A stretch of 39,499 bases of DNA from Octopus bimaculoides (lineage: Eukaryota). The first letter of the stretch is position 1. Each line of letters opens with the position of its first letter. Below the pieces are notes generated by a model. That model had not been told where the DNA came from. It did not search any database and saw only the letters and a list, made by a program, of their open reading frames with translations. The position numbers and the translations under genes were made by a program. The stretch is from NCBI RefSeq assembly GCF_001194135.2, contig NC_068990.1, positions 26,510,382 through 26,549,880 of the forward strand, given 5' to 3'. This document shows, one piece after another, positions 11,866-22,855 of the stretch.

Positions 11866-12339
11866 ACCAATATTCTTCCTTCATACCAGAAAGCATTGAA
11901 ATGCCTATTGGTTGCTGACAGTCCCAACAGCAGCATATGTAATTCATAGCTCAGGCTGGACTGCAGTTCATATATACTCCTATCTATATCTAGCATGGCA
12001 CATGTCACAGTCAGAAGCACTGAAACCAACTCTAAAGAGTGTTGCAGACTTACCACGGTCGAGGCACAACTTTATCTTCAGCTGTCTGTCTGTCTGTCTC
12101 TTTGTCTCTTTGTCTATCTGTCTGTCCTGTCCTCTAATGCAAGGATATCTCAATAGCCGAAGGGATTGGTTTACTTGGAAAAAGAAGCGGAATCAAATAA
12201 GGTCCGGGATATTTCAGTGCTTCTGACTGTAACATGAACTGCAGTCAAGCCTGAGCTACGAATTACATCTGCTGCTGTTGACACTGTCAGCAACCAATAG
12301 GTATTTCGATGCTTTCTGGTATGAAGGATGAGTATTGGT
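11866..12339. mobile_element. MITE-like element with ~128-bp terminal inverted repeats
   Basis: 11866-12025 (including a 32-bp insertion) is the reverse complement of 12212-12339. The 186-bp interior is non-coding. Confidence 0.8.
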
Positions 12340-12351
12340 ATGTGTGTGGTT

Positions 12352-12706
12352 GAGTAACCCATCTTGCTCAAAAGGTCCCTGAATAAGGTTTGTTTAAAGA
12401 TGATGAATGAAACACAAATGTTTCCAGAGGTGAATTATTCAAACCCTAAAGAATCCCTCTCAACACATAGGTATGATGCTTCCCCCACTACTTCTGCTCA
12501 TGATCAGAGATGCACACATCGTCAGCCACCAAGGGACATGCTCAACTGGTTAAGGTCGAACAACTGACAAGCAAATCTGTGGTATTGTGCAGAATATTTG
12601 CTGTAGGCCATCTTTTATACCAAGACAAAACAATGTACATGATAACACTTCCAATCAATTAAGATCAAAAGCCATGAGAGCCACTGCCTGGTACTGCATC
12701 AGGGCA
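12352..12706 (+). mobile_element. Unclassified (TAA)n-flanked repeat family E, right part
   Basis: Its start overlaps the end of the 13234-13477 copy (gctcaaaaggtccc.gaataagg). Its end (gccactgcctggtactgcatc) recurs at 13584-13618 and is followed by (TTA)n. Confidence 0.7.
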
Positions 12707-12733
12707 TTTATTCATTATTATTATTATTATTAT

Positions 12734-13208
12734 TTTATGTTTGACTTTTGTTTTGCATTTGTACAAGTTGGATCCAAGTCTCACCCANNNNNNNNNNNNN
12801 NNNNNNNNNNNNNNNNNNNNNNNNNNNNNNNNNNNNNNNNNNNNNNNNNNNNNNNNNNNNNNNNNNNNNNNNNNNNNNNNNNNNNNNNNNNNNNNNNNNN
12901 NNNNNNNNNNNNNNNNNNNNNNNNNNNNNNNNNNTATGTGTTTGCTTTAAAATTTGAGATCACATAGACAATATTTTACGTAGGATATGGGCAGTTCCCA
13001 TGAGCACTATCTTTTGAACTTCAGCCATTTTGGGGTTTCCTGGTATCTGAGCTAGGTAGTAATCAGCCCGTTTCGCTGTCATTCCCAGGGCACCTATGAC
13101 AATAGGTATTGTTTTCGTCTTCAGATTCCACATTTTGCTAATTTCTATTTCAAGATCTTTATATTTGCTCAGTTTTTGGTAGGTCTTGACAGATACGTTT
13201 ATATCAAT
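12734..13208 (-). mobile_element. R4/Dong-like RLE non-LTR retrotransposon 3' end, embedded in (TAA)n
   Basis: 13208-12960 is an uninterrupted 82-codon frame plus stop: IDINVSVKTYQKLSKYKDLEIEISKMWNLKTKTIPIVIGALG...VQKIVLMGTAHILRKILSM*. (TAA)n lies on both sides, and the 3'UTR spans an N gap. Confidence 0.9.
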
Positions 13209-13233
13209 TATTATTATTATTATTATTATTATT

Positions 13234-13510
13234 ACTGAGTGAGAGAGCAGTGCATGCCATCACAGTGATGCTGGGGTACAAATATACAAAGTCCATTATA
13301 CTCATCATGACCACCTGTCTGATAAGGATACACCAAGCACATGCATCACAACTATATGTGCATGACATAGTGATCTCATATCAAGATAAAACAGCGCATG
13401 ACCTCGCAGGTGGGGCCCAGTTAGAATTTTCTTTAGGTCAAGTAGCCCATCCAGCTCAAAAGGTCCCCGAATAAGGGTTATTATTATTATTATTATTATT
13501 ATTATCATCA

Positions 13511-13554
<44 letters not shown>

Positions 13555-13618
13555 GTTATTAGTATTATTATTGTCCATAAGGCCAGAAGCCACGAGGGCC
13601 AGTGCCTGGTACTGCATC
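13234..13618 (+). mobile_element. Family E left part (13234-13477), (TTA)n tract and family E terminal 40 bp
   Basis: Homology to 14221-14453 (inverted) and to both ends of 12352-12706. Confidence 0.75.
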
Positions 13619-13946
13619 GATATAATTTTGAATTGTACTCAAGTCTGTGGATTAATTTCTGGAGAATTTCACAAAAATGGAGTTTCTTTACAAGTGTGTC
13701 TTCTTGCACAGAATGCTCTCTCAAAGCTAGGGAGTGTCTTTTCATTTATCATTTTCACTGTTTTATTTATAGAAAATATATAAACACAATTTTTAAGAAC
13801 GTATATTCTTTGCAGCAGACATTTAACACAAAATGTCAACCAGACACACCCTCTTTCTCTTATCACACAAAAACCATTTCCATAGACAAGACTTAAAAAA
13901 AAATGATTATAAATAAAATATAAACGGAAATTATAAATAAAAATAA

Positions 13947-14014
13947 GCGCAGACATGGCTGTGTGGTAAGAAGTTTGCTTTTCAACCATGTGGTTCCAAG
14001 TTCAATTCCTTTGC
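13947..14014 (+). mobile_element. SINE family B tRNA-like head only
   Basis: gcagacatggctgtgtggtaagaagtttgct...ccaagttcaattcc, cut off by the adjacent LINE fragment. Confidence 0.8.
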
Positions 14015-14167
14015 AATAAGGGTGGAGGACTTGCAGAAAACAGCACTGCTTGGAACCGCTTGAATACTCTGGAAGGTGCTCGAAAAATTAGGGGTGATAC
14101 CTTAGTTCACTATTAGTGAACAACTGACACTGTAATATATCTCCAGCGTTAGAAGCTGTACAAAGGC
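14015..14167 (+). mobile_element. Short 3' end of a second R4/Dong-like RLE LINE family with (AAT)n tail
   Basis: IRVEDLQKTALLGTA*ILWKVLE, where the TGA and TGG are consistent with CpG decay of Arg codons. Followed by a 3'UTR and (AAT)n at 14168-14220. Confidence 0.8.
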
Positions 14168-14220
<53 letters not shown>

Positions 14221-14221
<1 letters not shown>

Positions 14222-14452
14222 CCTTATTCAGGGATATTTTGAGCAGGATAGGCTACTCAAGCTGCAGAAAATTCTAACTGGGCCCCACCTGCAAGGTCAT
14301 GCACTGTTTATCTTGATATGAGATCACCATGTCGCACACATATGGTTGTGATGCATGTGCCTGGTGTACCCTTATCAGACGGGTAGTCATGATGGCTATA
14401 CTGGGCTTTGTATATTTGTACCCCAGTGTCATTGTGATGGCATGCACTGCTC

Positions 14453-14453
<1 letters not shown>
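14221..14453 (-). mobile_element. Family E left part, inverted copy between two (AAT)n tracts
   Basis: Reverse-complement match to 13234-13477 with the same gaataaggg|(TTA)n breakpoint. Confidence 0.8.
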
Positions 14454-14514
<61 letters not shown>

Positions 14515-14695
14515 CAGTAAAGCTCCAAAAGAAAGTTTGACTCTTGGGAATAGCTAGGATTATCAGGAGAGTTCAAAGCACTTGAAAGACTGCTGGAAAC
14601 TTGTGGATACCTAAGGTTGCAGATAGTGACCTGCTATCCGCATAATTCCTACCAGGAAAAAGATCGAACCTCAGCCAAACCAAAAATAAAAACAA
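14515..14695 (+). mobile_element. Degenerate RLE LINE 3' end
   Basis: LQKKV*LLGIARIIRRV-like reading. The ggatacctaaggtt motif is shared with the 3'UTR of the element at 31985-32585. Confidence 0.55.
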
Positions 14696-14697
14696 CC

Positions 14698-14873
14698 ATC
14701 ATCATCATCATCATCATCATCATTGTCGTCGTCGCCGTCGTCGTTGCTGTCATCATCGCCGTCGTCGTCGTCGCCGTCGCCGTCGTCGCCGTCGTCGCCG
14801 TCACCGTCGCCGCCGTCGTCGTTGCCGTCGTCGTCGTCATCATCATCATAGTCATCATCCTCATCATCCTCAC

Positions 14874-14933
<60 letters not shown>

Positions 14934-14945
14934 GGTCATCATCAT
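14698..14945. repeat. (CAT)n/(GTC)n compound microsatellite
   Basis: Direct reading. Confidence 0.95.
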
Positions 14946-15339
14946 CTGCATATAAAGTCTGTTGTCCTTGCTGGCATGGAGTAGGACAGTTGACAAGACC
15001 TCTTTCGGAATGGCATTCTACAACTTCATGTCCTTCCTAACCCCAAATAAATTTACATAATTTATTCATTCTCCAAAAGATTCTTATCTCATCTCTTTAT
15101 CTGCAAACATTAACTTTCTTCATCCTGTTCTCCTTCATCATAACTTAAATATATTCACAAGATTAGGTTTGTAAACTTAGCAAAGTAGTAATTAGAAATA
15201 CCGTAATTAAGCAAGCGCTCAGTGTATAAAGAGATAACGAGATATATAATTGCCTAATTGGCTCAAAACCATGACATTCTTCTCATACATTTAATTATAT
15301 GCTACCTTTGTTTTAAATATTTCTAATATAGACATTTTA

Positions 15340-15531
15340 CAGTTCTATATTTAAGAGATTTGGAATTATGTACATTATTTATATTATTTACATTTGATAG
15401 ATATTTGTCCTCATCTTGTTTGTTGTTAACACAATGTTTCGGCTGATATACCCTCCAGCTTTCATCAGGTGTCTTGGGGAGATTTTGAAACAGGGTTCTC
15501 ATTCCTATGGTATTTTTAAATGTTGTTGTAG

Positions 15532-15574
<43 letters not shown>

Positions 15575-15628
15575 CATTATTATTCAGGTCACTGCTTGGA
15601 ATCGAACTCGGAATCTTGGGGTTAGTAG
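15340..15628 (-). mobile_element. Composite element: tRNA-like head remnant, (AAT)n and Penelope-type hammerhead-bearing tail (family P2)
   Basis: Minus strand: B-box GAGTTCGATTCC at 15609-15598, (AAT)n at 15584-15535, hammerhead motif at 15473-15428. The tail is homologous to 27736-27925. Confidence 0.75.
15428..15473 (-). ncRNA. Minimal type I hammerhead ribozyme-like motif with canonical CUGAUGA core
   Basis: GACAC-CTGATGA-A-AGCTG/gagggtatat/CAGCC-GAAAC-ATT-GTGTT. Stem I is GACAC/GTGTT. Confidence 0.7.
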
Positions 15629-15750
15629 AAACATTGCCAGATCAGATTGGAGCCTGGTGCAGCCTCTGGCTTTCCAGCCCTCAGTCAAACTGTCCAACCC
15701 ATGCCAGCATGGAAAGCGGACGTTAAATGATGATGACAATGATGATGATG
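15626..15750 (+). mobile_element. RTE LINE 3'UTR tail fragment
   Basis: tagaaacattgccagatcagattggagcctggtgcagcc...catggaaagcggacgttaaatgatgatg, the same family as the 1201-1812 3'UTR. Confidence 0.85.
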
Positions 15751-15809
15751 TATTTATGTATCAAAAGATATTGACTAGGTCACCAGATGCTGTTATACCC
15801 TGCTGATCA

Positions 15810-16015
15810 CAATGTACTTCCAGTTCCATCTTGATTCCACTGTTCTTTACCATCTTGACCTAAATTGCTTAACTAAATCATCTTCCCATCATCACGGAGG
15901 CCTTCCACATGGCCTTTTCTGATCTCTTGGCAATCACTCAACACCTGCACAAGTCCACCTGTTGTCAGTGAACCATGCAACATGTCTAGCCTAGTGGAAC
16001 TTGTGCTTTTCTTAC
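15810..16015 (-). mobile_element. Old RTE-clade LINE RT C-terminal fragment (different family)
   Basis: KHKFH*ARHVAWFTDNRWTCAGVE*LPRDQKRPCGRPP**WEDDLVKQF, a decayed WAGHVAR..DNRWT...GRPP.RW.DD motif. Confidence 0.75.
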
Positions 16016-16068
16016 TCGGCAATCACATCGTTCACTCAGTCATTCTGGAATTATCACAATTCAAATGT

Positions 16069-16108
<40 letters not shown>

Positions 16109-16126
16109 CGGTGTTTATATATGTAT

Positions 16127-16260
16127 GGAAAATGGACGTTAAACGATCATGATGATGATGATATATATATCATTATCGTCGTTTAAAGTCTGCTTTCCAT
16201 GGTGGCATGGGTTGGACGGTTTCTACAGCTAGATGCCCTTCCTAACGCCAGCCACTTTGA
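16127..16260. mobile_element. Two RTE 3' tails tail-to-tail (+ strand 16127-16160, - strand 16168-16260)
   Basis: ggaaaatggacgttaaacgat(gat)n, then (AT)n, then atcgtcgtttaaagtctgctttcc. Confidence 0.8.
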
Positions 16261-16281
16261 NNNNNNNNNNTATATATATAT

Positions 16282-16452
16282 ATGGGAGAATTTACGAAAA
16301 AAAACAACAACAGACAAGGACAGGTGGTGTAAACAACAAAAGGATGTATTAGTTTAACGCTCGGGAATACAGAAAGTCTTTAACGTTTCGAGTTACGCTC
16401 TTCAACAGAAAGAATACGGAGAAAACAAGGAGAAAAACACGGAGAAAAAATA
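16282..16452 (-). mobile_element. Penelope-like terminal repeat, family P1
   Basis: Homologous to 11672-11826. Hammerhead-like motif at 16377-16413. The 3' end abuts (TA)n. Confidence 0.8.
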
Positions 16453-17173
16453 TTGAATGTTTTGGTCAGCGATCAATCATGGCGACTATATATGTACACA
16501 CACATCCACACACACATATGCGAGTGTGTGTGTGTGTGTGTATTTGAAGTTTTGGTCTTCAAATGCCTTCAGTTTCTAAATATTAAGCTATTTTTACGGC
16601 ATATATTTATATTTTTTAAAGGAAAAATTCCAACTGCTACGAGTTGCAATTATATTTTAGCCCCCTCCCCCTTTTAAACTACTCACATATTTGTCTGAAC
16701 TTTTATATATTTGCAATTTTTGCATCCCCCCCACCATTAATCCGAATATTCACAAGATGAAACGATAGATATCCTTTGTACGTAAGTTAGCTTTCAGCTA
16801 AAATTATGCACACACTCTTATGTATGTGTGCATGTATGTTATATATATAGNNNNNNNNNNNNNNNNNNNNNNNNNNNNNNNNNNNNNNNNNNNNNNNNNN
16901 NNNNNNNNNNNNNNNNNNNNNNNNNNNNNNNNNNNNNNNNNNNNNNNNNNNNNNNNNNNNNNNNNNNNNNNNNNNNNNNNNNNNNNNNNNNNNNNNNNNN
17001 NNNNNNNNNNNNNNNNNNNNNNNNNNNNNNNNNNNNNNNNNNNNNNNNNNNNNNNNNNNNNNNNNNNNNNNNNNNNNNNNNNNNNNNNNNNNNNNNNNNN
17101 NNNNNNNNNNNNNNNNNNNNNNNNNNNNNNNNNNNNNNNNNNNNNNNNNNNNNNNNNNNNNNNNNNNNNNNNN

Positions 17174-17207
<34 letters not shown>

Positions 17208-17690
17208 TACATACATACATACATGCATACATACATACATATACATACATATATATACATATATATATACATATATACATATATATATATACACACACAT
17301 ACATACATGTATATTGTTTCCTTTGTCAGTGCTGATTGGGTGCTAAATAAAGTCTATCTACACTCATTTTCATTTTCCCTTGTCTCATATCTACGATCTT
17401 TTATATGTATGTATGTATATGTGTGTGTGTCTATATATATTTTTGCTCATATATACATACATATACACACACACATATATATATATGTATGTATGTACAC
17501 ACAGAAAGATGTATGCATGCCTACTATCAACATTGTTCTATAGTTGCTTATCTGCCAACCTACAGACGTGCATGCAGATACGCATAACGAAATGCACATG
17601 TGTGTGTGCACAGATATATATATATATGTATGTGTATGTATATAAATGTATATCTGTATTTCTGTTTATGAATTATACATAAATTTATGC

Positions 17691-17728
<38 letters not shown>

Positions 17729-17993
17729 ATTATGTGAGAAAAATCTGTGCAATAAATAAATTAAAAATAAGAATGAAGTAAGAAAACAGTGTGAGAAATT
17801 TTCATGGAACAAACTGTGTCTTTCGATTTCAGCACCGATATTTCAGAAATCCTTTCACAATCTTCAAAAGTGAAGTTATTTTAGGCTATTAAAGGTTTCT
17901 TGTTCTTTACCACTTTTTTTTGGAATCATCATATTTTTTTTCATTTCTACATATTTATTTTCACTAAATAACTAAATATATGTGTGTGTGTGC

Positions 17994-18056
<63 letters not shown>

Positions 18057-18632
18057 GAAGAGAAATCCTGCTTCTCAGTGTATTTTCTCTCTTAACAACT
18101 AGTGTATGTGTGTGTGTGTGTGTGTACGTACTGAATAAAACATGTATTTCTGTGGATCTCAGATAAGAAGTGCACAATGTGTACACTGTAAAACTGCACA
18201 TTACCAACGTCTTAAAGACTAATTGGAGTCTTTGATTTAGTATGACATACAAGTGTTATAATAACAAAAAAAATGGATATTAACTATTTACTAATGATAT
18301 ATAATATGTGATGTATATATAATGCATTTCACATATATATATCAATGGTTGAATAGCAAGAACACAAGGGGAAAAAGTTAGACAAAAGACGGGCAAATAG
18401 GAAACTAGATGGAAGCTGAATGGAAGGAAATTTAGACAAAGACATGGTACACGGAATATTCGCAGCTAAGTTTCCCTTGTCAGTCAATGACCCAAAATAT
18501 CATAGTAGTTTTGTACCATTACCATTGAGACCACTCGATTTTGGAGGCACCAGTGCTGTTATTAAGCTACTGGGGAAAAGCTAGTTAATGCATACTAAGA
18601 CAAAAACAAACAAGACATAAAGAAACAACACA

Positions 18633-18931
18633 ATAAGCACCATTCATGTGTGAGTCGTTGCCAGTGATACCTGGCTGGTTCCCCGTGCCGGTGGCACGTA
18701 AAAAGCACCATCTGAACGTGGTCGATGCCAGCCTCCTTGGCCTGACTGACTCCTGTACTGGTAGCACATAAAAGGCACCCACTACACTCTTGGAGTGGTT
18801 GGCGTTAGGAAGGGCATCCAGCTGTAGAAACATTGCCAGATCAGATTGGAGCCTGGTGCAGCCACTGACTCTCCAGATCTCAGTCAAACCGTCCAACCCA
18901 TGCCAGCATGGATAATGGACATTAAACAACA

Positions 18932-18969
<38 letters not shown>
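18633..18969 (+). mobile_element. RTE LINE 3'UTR fragment with (GAT)n tail
   Basis: ggttggcgttaggaagggcatccagctgtagaaac...ggacattaaacaacaat(gat)n. Confidence 0.9.
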
Positions 18970-18998
18970 ATATATATATATATGAGCTTATATATGTA

Positions 18999-19031
<33 letters not shown>

Positions 19032-19478
19032 GTGTGTGTGTGTTCCTATCTATCCATATGTCAATGTATCTTTATGTATACAAACATTTGTGTATGTGTG
19101 TTTATATATAAATATGTGATGTCAATATGTGTGTGTGTGTGTGTGTGTGTGTATGTATACACACCCACCATAACTAGAATCCCTAGGGTGTTGAACAAAA
19201 TACCCTTGTAGTCTTCCCCCACCTCCATCTCCACCCTCCAGGTTTCGACCTTTCAAATTGTTGACTTCCTCCCCTCCTTTGATCATTCTGAGTATGGTGA
19301 AACAGCTTCAAACGAGTTACCAGTTGGCATTTATAATTAATTCTACCCTTGAAAGCTTTGCTTCAGCTTGGCCACAGTTCTAACAATGAAACCAGTGAAG
19401 AAATAAAATACAAAACATAAAAGACTATGTCTGTTGTGGCATGGTTCCATGGCTAAGGAGTCTCCTTTGCAATATTTT

Positions 19479-19706
19479 GGCAAGCTGGCAGAAATGTTAG
19501 CATGCCGGGTGAAATGCTTAGCGGTATTTCATCAGCCGCTAAGTTCTGAGTTCAAATTCTGCCGAGGTCGACTTTGCCTTTTATCCTTTTGGAGGTGATT
19601 AAATAAATACCAGTTGCGTACTGGGGTCGATGTAATCGACTTAATCCGTTTGTCTGTCCTTGTTTGTCCCCTCTATGTTTAGCCCCTTGTGGGCAATAAA
19701 GAAATA
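19479..19706 (+). mobile_element. SINE family A, copy 3 (alternative tail), with 8-bp TSD aatatttt
   Basis: TSD at 19471-19478 and 19707-19714. It appears to interrupt an older tRNA-like head whose B-box-like gggttcaattcc follows at about 19720. Confidence 0.9.
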
Positions 19707-20573
19707 AATATTTTAGCTCTGGGTTCAATTCCAAAGCATGGCTCTTTCGTAAGTCAGCAATCTATATTACATTCTGTTCAGTTTACCATGGGGCCCTAAA
19801 TCTTAGATAATTGCATGTTTATTTTGGTCTTTGACTCTAATTCTAATACTAATTTCAATATTCATAACTATTCTGCGTCTTCCATGTCCTAGAATAATTA
19901 TTTACCAAATATTTGGAGTCTTGCATTATTTAAATTAATTTTCAGTAATGACTGTCTTATTACCACCAAGGAAATAATCTGCCCATTTCTCTGTTATTAA
20001 GAGACTATAATGAAAGAATGTAATGAGCAGACTTAAGTAATTAGTTTAAATGAGGGTGTAAATTAAACATTAACGTGGATACCTTTATGATATTATCCTA
20101 TGTATCATTATAATTATGATTGAAGGAATTAATGAACTACTAAAACTTTGAGATTGTTACAAACACCAGTTTCAGAGAAGGTGCTATGGGATTTGAACCG
20201 TGTACCTTGGCCCTCAGGCAGCCATAGCAAAAGTGGGTATGTGTCCCTTTTTATCATTATAATTTTGTGTTACAGTTTNNNNNNNNNNNNNNNNNNNNNN
20301 NNNNNNNNNNNNNNNNNNNNNNNNNNNNNNNNNNNNNNNNNNNNNNNNNNNNNNNNNNNNNNNNNNNNNNNNNNNNNNNNNNNNNNNNNNNNNNNNNNNN
20401 NNNNNNNNNNNNNNNNNNNNNNNNNNNNNNNNNNNNNNNNNNNNNNNNNNNNNNNNNNNNNNNNNNNNNNNNNNNNNNNNNNNNNNNNNNNNNNNNNNNN
20501 NNNNNNNNNNNNNNNNNNNNNNNNNNNNNNNNNNNNNNNNNNNNNNNNNNNNNNTGATTAGCATGTCTATTTG

Positions 20574-21177
20574 TATCTTTTAAATGCTTCAGTCATTAGA
20601 CTGTGGCCATGCTGCAGCACCGCCTTGAAAAATTTTTAGTTGAATGAATGGATCCCAGGATTTATTTTTTTAAAGCCTGGCACTTATTCTGTTGAGCTCT
20701 TTTACTGAACTGCTAAGTTATGAGGTGTAAACACACCAATTCTGGTTGTCAAATGGTGGTAGGGGACAAACATGGACCCAAAGACACACACACACACACA
20801 CACACATGCATGCACACACACTCATATATATATATATATATATTGGTACTGATGCCACGTAAAAAGCACCCAGTACACTCTGAAGTGGTTGGCATTAGGA
20901 AGGGCAGTCAGCTGTAGAAACCACATTAAAACAATGGAGCCTGATGTGGCCCCTCACTTCACCAGCCCCTGTCAAACTGTCCAACCCATGCCAGCATGGA
21001 AAACAGACGTTGAATGATGATGGTCATGTTCCTATACACACAACAGGCTCTTTTCGGTTTTTGTCAACCAAGTCCAGCTCATAAGGCTCTGGCTGACCCC
21101 AGGACTTGGTTGAGACAAGGCTATAGTGGAAGATACCTGTCCAAGGTGCCGTGTAGTGGGACTGAACCTAGAACACC
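20574..21177 (-). mobile_element. SINE family B interrupted in its internal microsatellite by an RTE tail
   Basis: Tail at 20574-20790, (CA)/(TA) repeats, RTE insert, then partial head at 21038-21177. Confidence 0.75.
20843..21022 (+). mobile_element. RTE LINE 3'UTR fragment
   Basis: gtggttggcattaggaagggca...ccatgccagcatggaaaacagacgttgaatgatgatg. Confidence 0.85.
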
Positions 21178-21690
21178 TATATGAAATTGCTTTTAGTAAA
21201 TGAACAAGTTTAATGATATTCATATTTCACTTTAAAAAATGACCTCAAATTTAACTATTTGACTGTGTCTGGTCCCAATTCCCCAATCTTATTAGAAGGT
21301 CTCCATTTATGTCCCAGGTGTGATAAAATAAGGGCTGCAGATTATTAGATTATGGAGTTCAATCAGATCTAATCCCCTAGGTGATAAAAATTAATTTTTG
21401 TTTTATTTTATTTTTATGGGAGTGAATTAGGGGTTACCATGAAGAAATATGGTATATGTGTGTATGTATGTAAATCATATGTATGCATGTGTTTGTGTGT
21501 GTGTGTCCTATTTGTGTATATATGTACGCATATCATATATGTGTATGTAAATATATATCCATATGTATATGTGTGTATATTGTTTCTGTGCATATGTAAA
21601 TGTGTATGATGTATATGTATATATGTAGGCATGTGTATGTGTATGTGTGTGTGTGTGTGTGTGCGCCTGTGTGTGCGCGTGTGTGTGTGT

Positions 21691-21735
<45 letters not shown>

Positions 21736-21841
21736 GTATATGTTTGCATATATGCATGCATGTATGTATGTGTGTATGTAAGTGTCTAACTATCTATCTA
21801 CCTACTTACCTACATATCTATCCATCTATTTATCTATCTGA

Positions 21842-21874
<33 letters not shown>

Positions 21875-22542
21875 AATCTATCTATGCATAGTGTATGTGA
21901 TTTAGATTGTATTACAGTTCACAGAACTCTGTGTGTATTCTTGTATACTCGAAGGGAGACTGTAACACTGGTTCATAGTCTTGTAGTCTTGAAGTCTGAG
22001 TTTCATTTCGTGGCATTCAACTCCACAGAGAAAGCGAAACAAAACAGAAATTAATGCTATCTGTGTGTATACATGTGTGTGTGCGTGCGCGTGTATGTGT
22101 GCATGCATGTACATATATGGACATATAAGGTGGTATCAAAAACTTCCTGGACTAGTTCTGCAACAGCTGCAATTATTTGCCCTTCTATTATCTTTGTAAG
22201 TTCTCTGGTAACTTTTCGCTTTTGTGATGTCCTGGTTGCTTTGTGGTGTCTGAAGTGTTCTTGGTGCTGTAACCTATTTTGTCGATTCTCTTTTCAGTCT
22301 TTGTTTGAATCCTATTTCAACTGTCAGGGTGGCTCTCCATGTTTTTGTGATCCCTAATGTGTTTATTTTTGTTATTGTTCCTATACCCTGTGTCGTTTTG
22401 GTCTGTTTGTTCCTCGTCTGTTGTCAAAGAACAAACAGACATATGGCCTTTCGGCAACAAAACACCCTGATAAGCTCAGCGACTACTACTAAATTCAGGC
22501 CATGAGACACAGAGAAGATGAAGCCGAGGATTTTAAACATAT

Positions 22543-22855
22543 CATCATCATCATCATCATCGTTTAACGTTCATTTTTCCATGCTGACATTGTTTGGACA
22601 GTTCGACTGGGGTCTGGGAAGCCAGGAGGCCGCACCAGACTCCAGTCTGATCTGGCAGTGTTTCTACAGCTAGATGCCCTTCCTAATGCCAACCTCTCTG
22701 AGAGTGTAGTGGGTACTTTTTACATGCCACCGGCACAGGGGCCATAGGGGGCTGGCATCGACCACAATCGGACGGTGCTTTTATGTGCCACCTTCACAGG
22801 AGTCAGCCAAGGTGATGCTGGCATTGGCCACGTTCAGATGGTGCTTTTTACGTAC
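22543..22855 (-). mobile_element. RTE LINE 3'UTR fragment
   Basis: (CAT)n then cgtttaacgttc...gatgcccttcctaatgccaac...; same family as above. Confidence 0.85.

Noticed and set aside
20180-20236. Exon-like segment ending in GTATGT
   Set aside because: Weak acceptor, and its phases (1 to 2) do not fit the neighbouring + strand candidates.
21902-22031. Minus-strand open segment VECHEMKLRLQDYKTMNQ...
   Set aside because: Moderate acceptor, no homology I recognise, no poly(A) evidence; not supportable.
22126-22160. Mariner-TIR-like taaggtggtatcaaaaacttcctggactag
   Set aside because: Single degenerate end with no partner TIR or transposase nearby.
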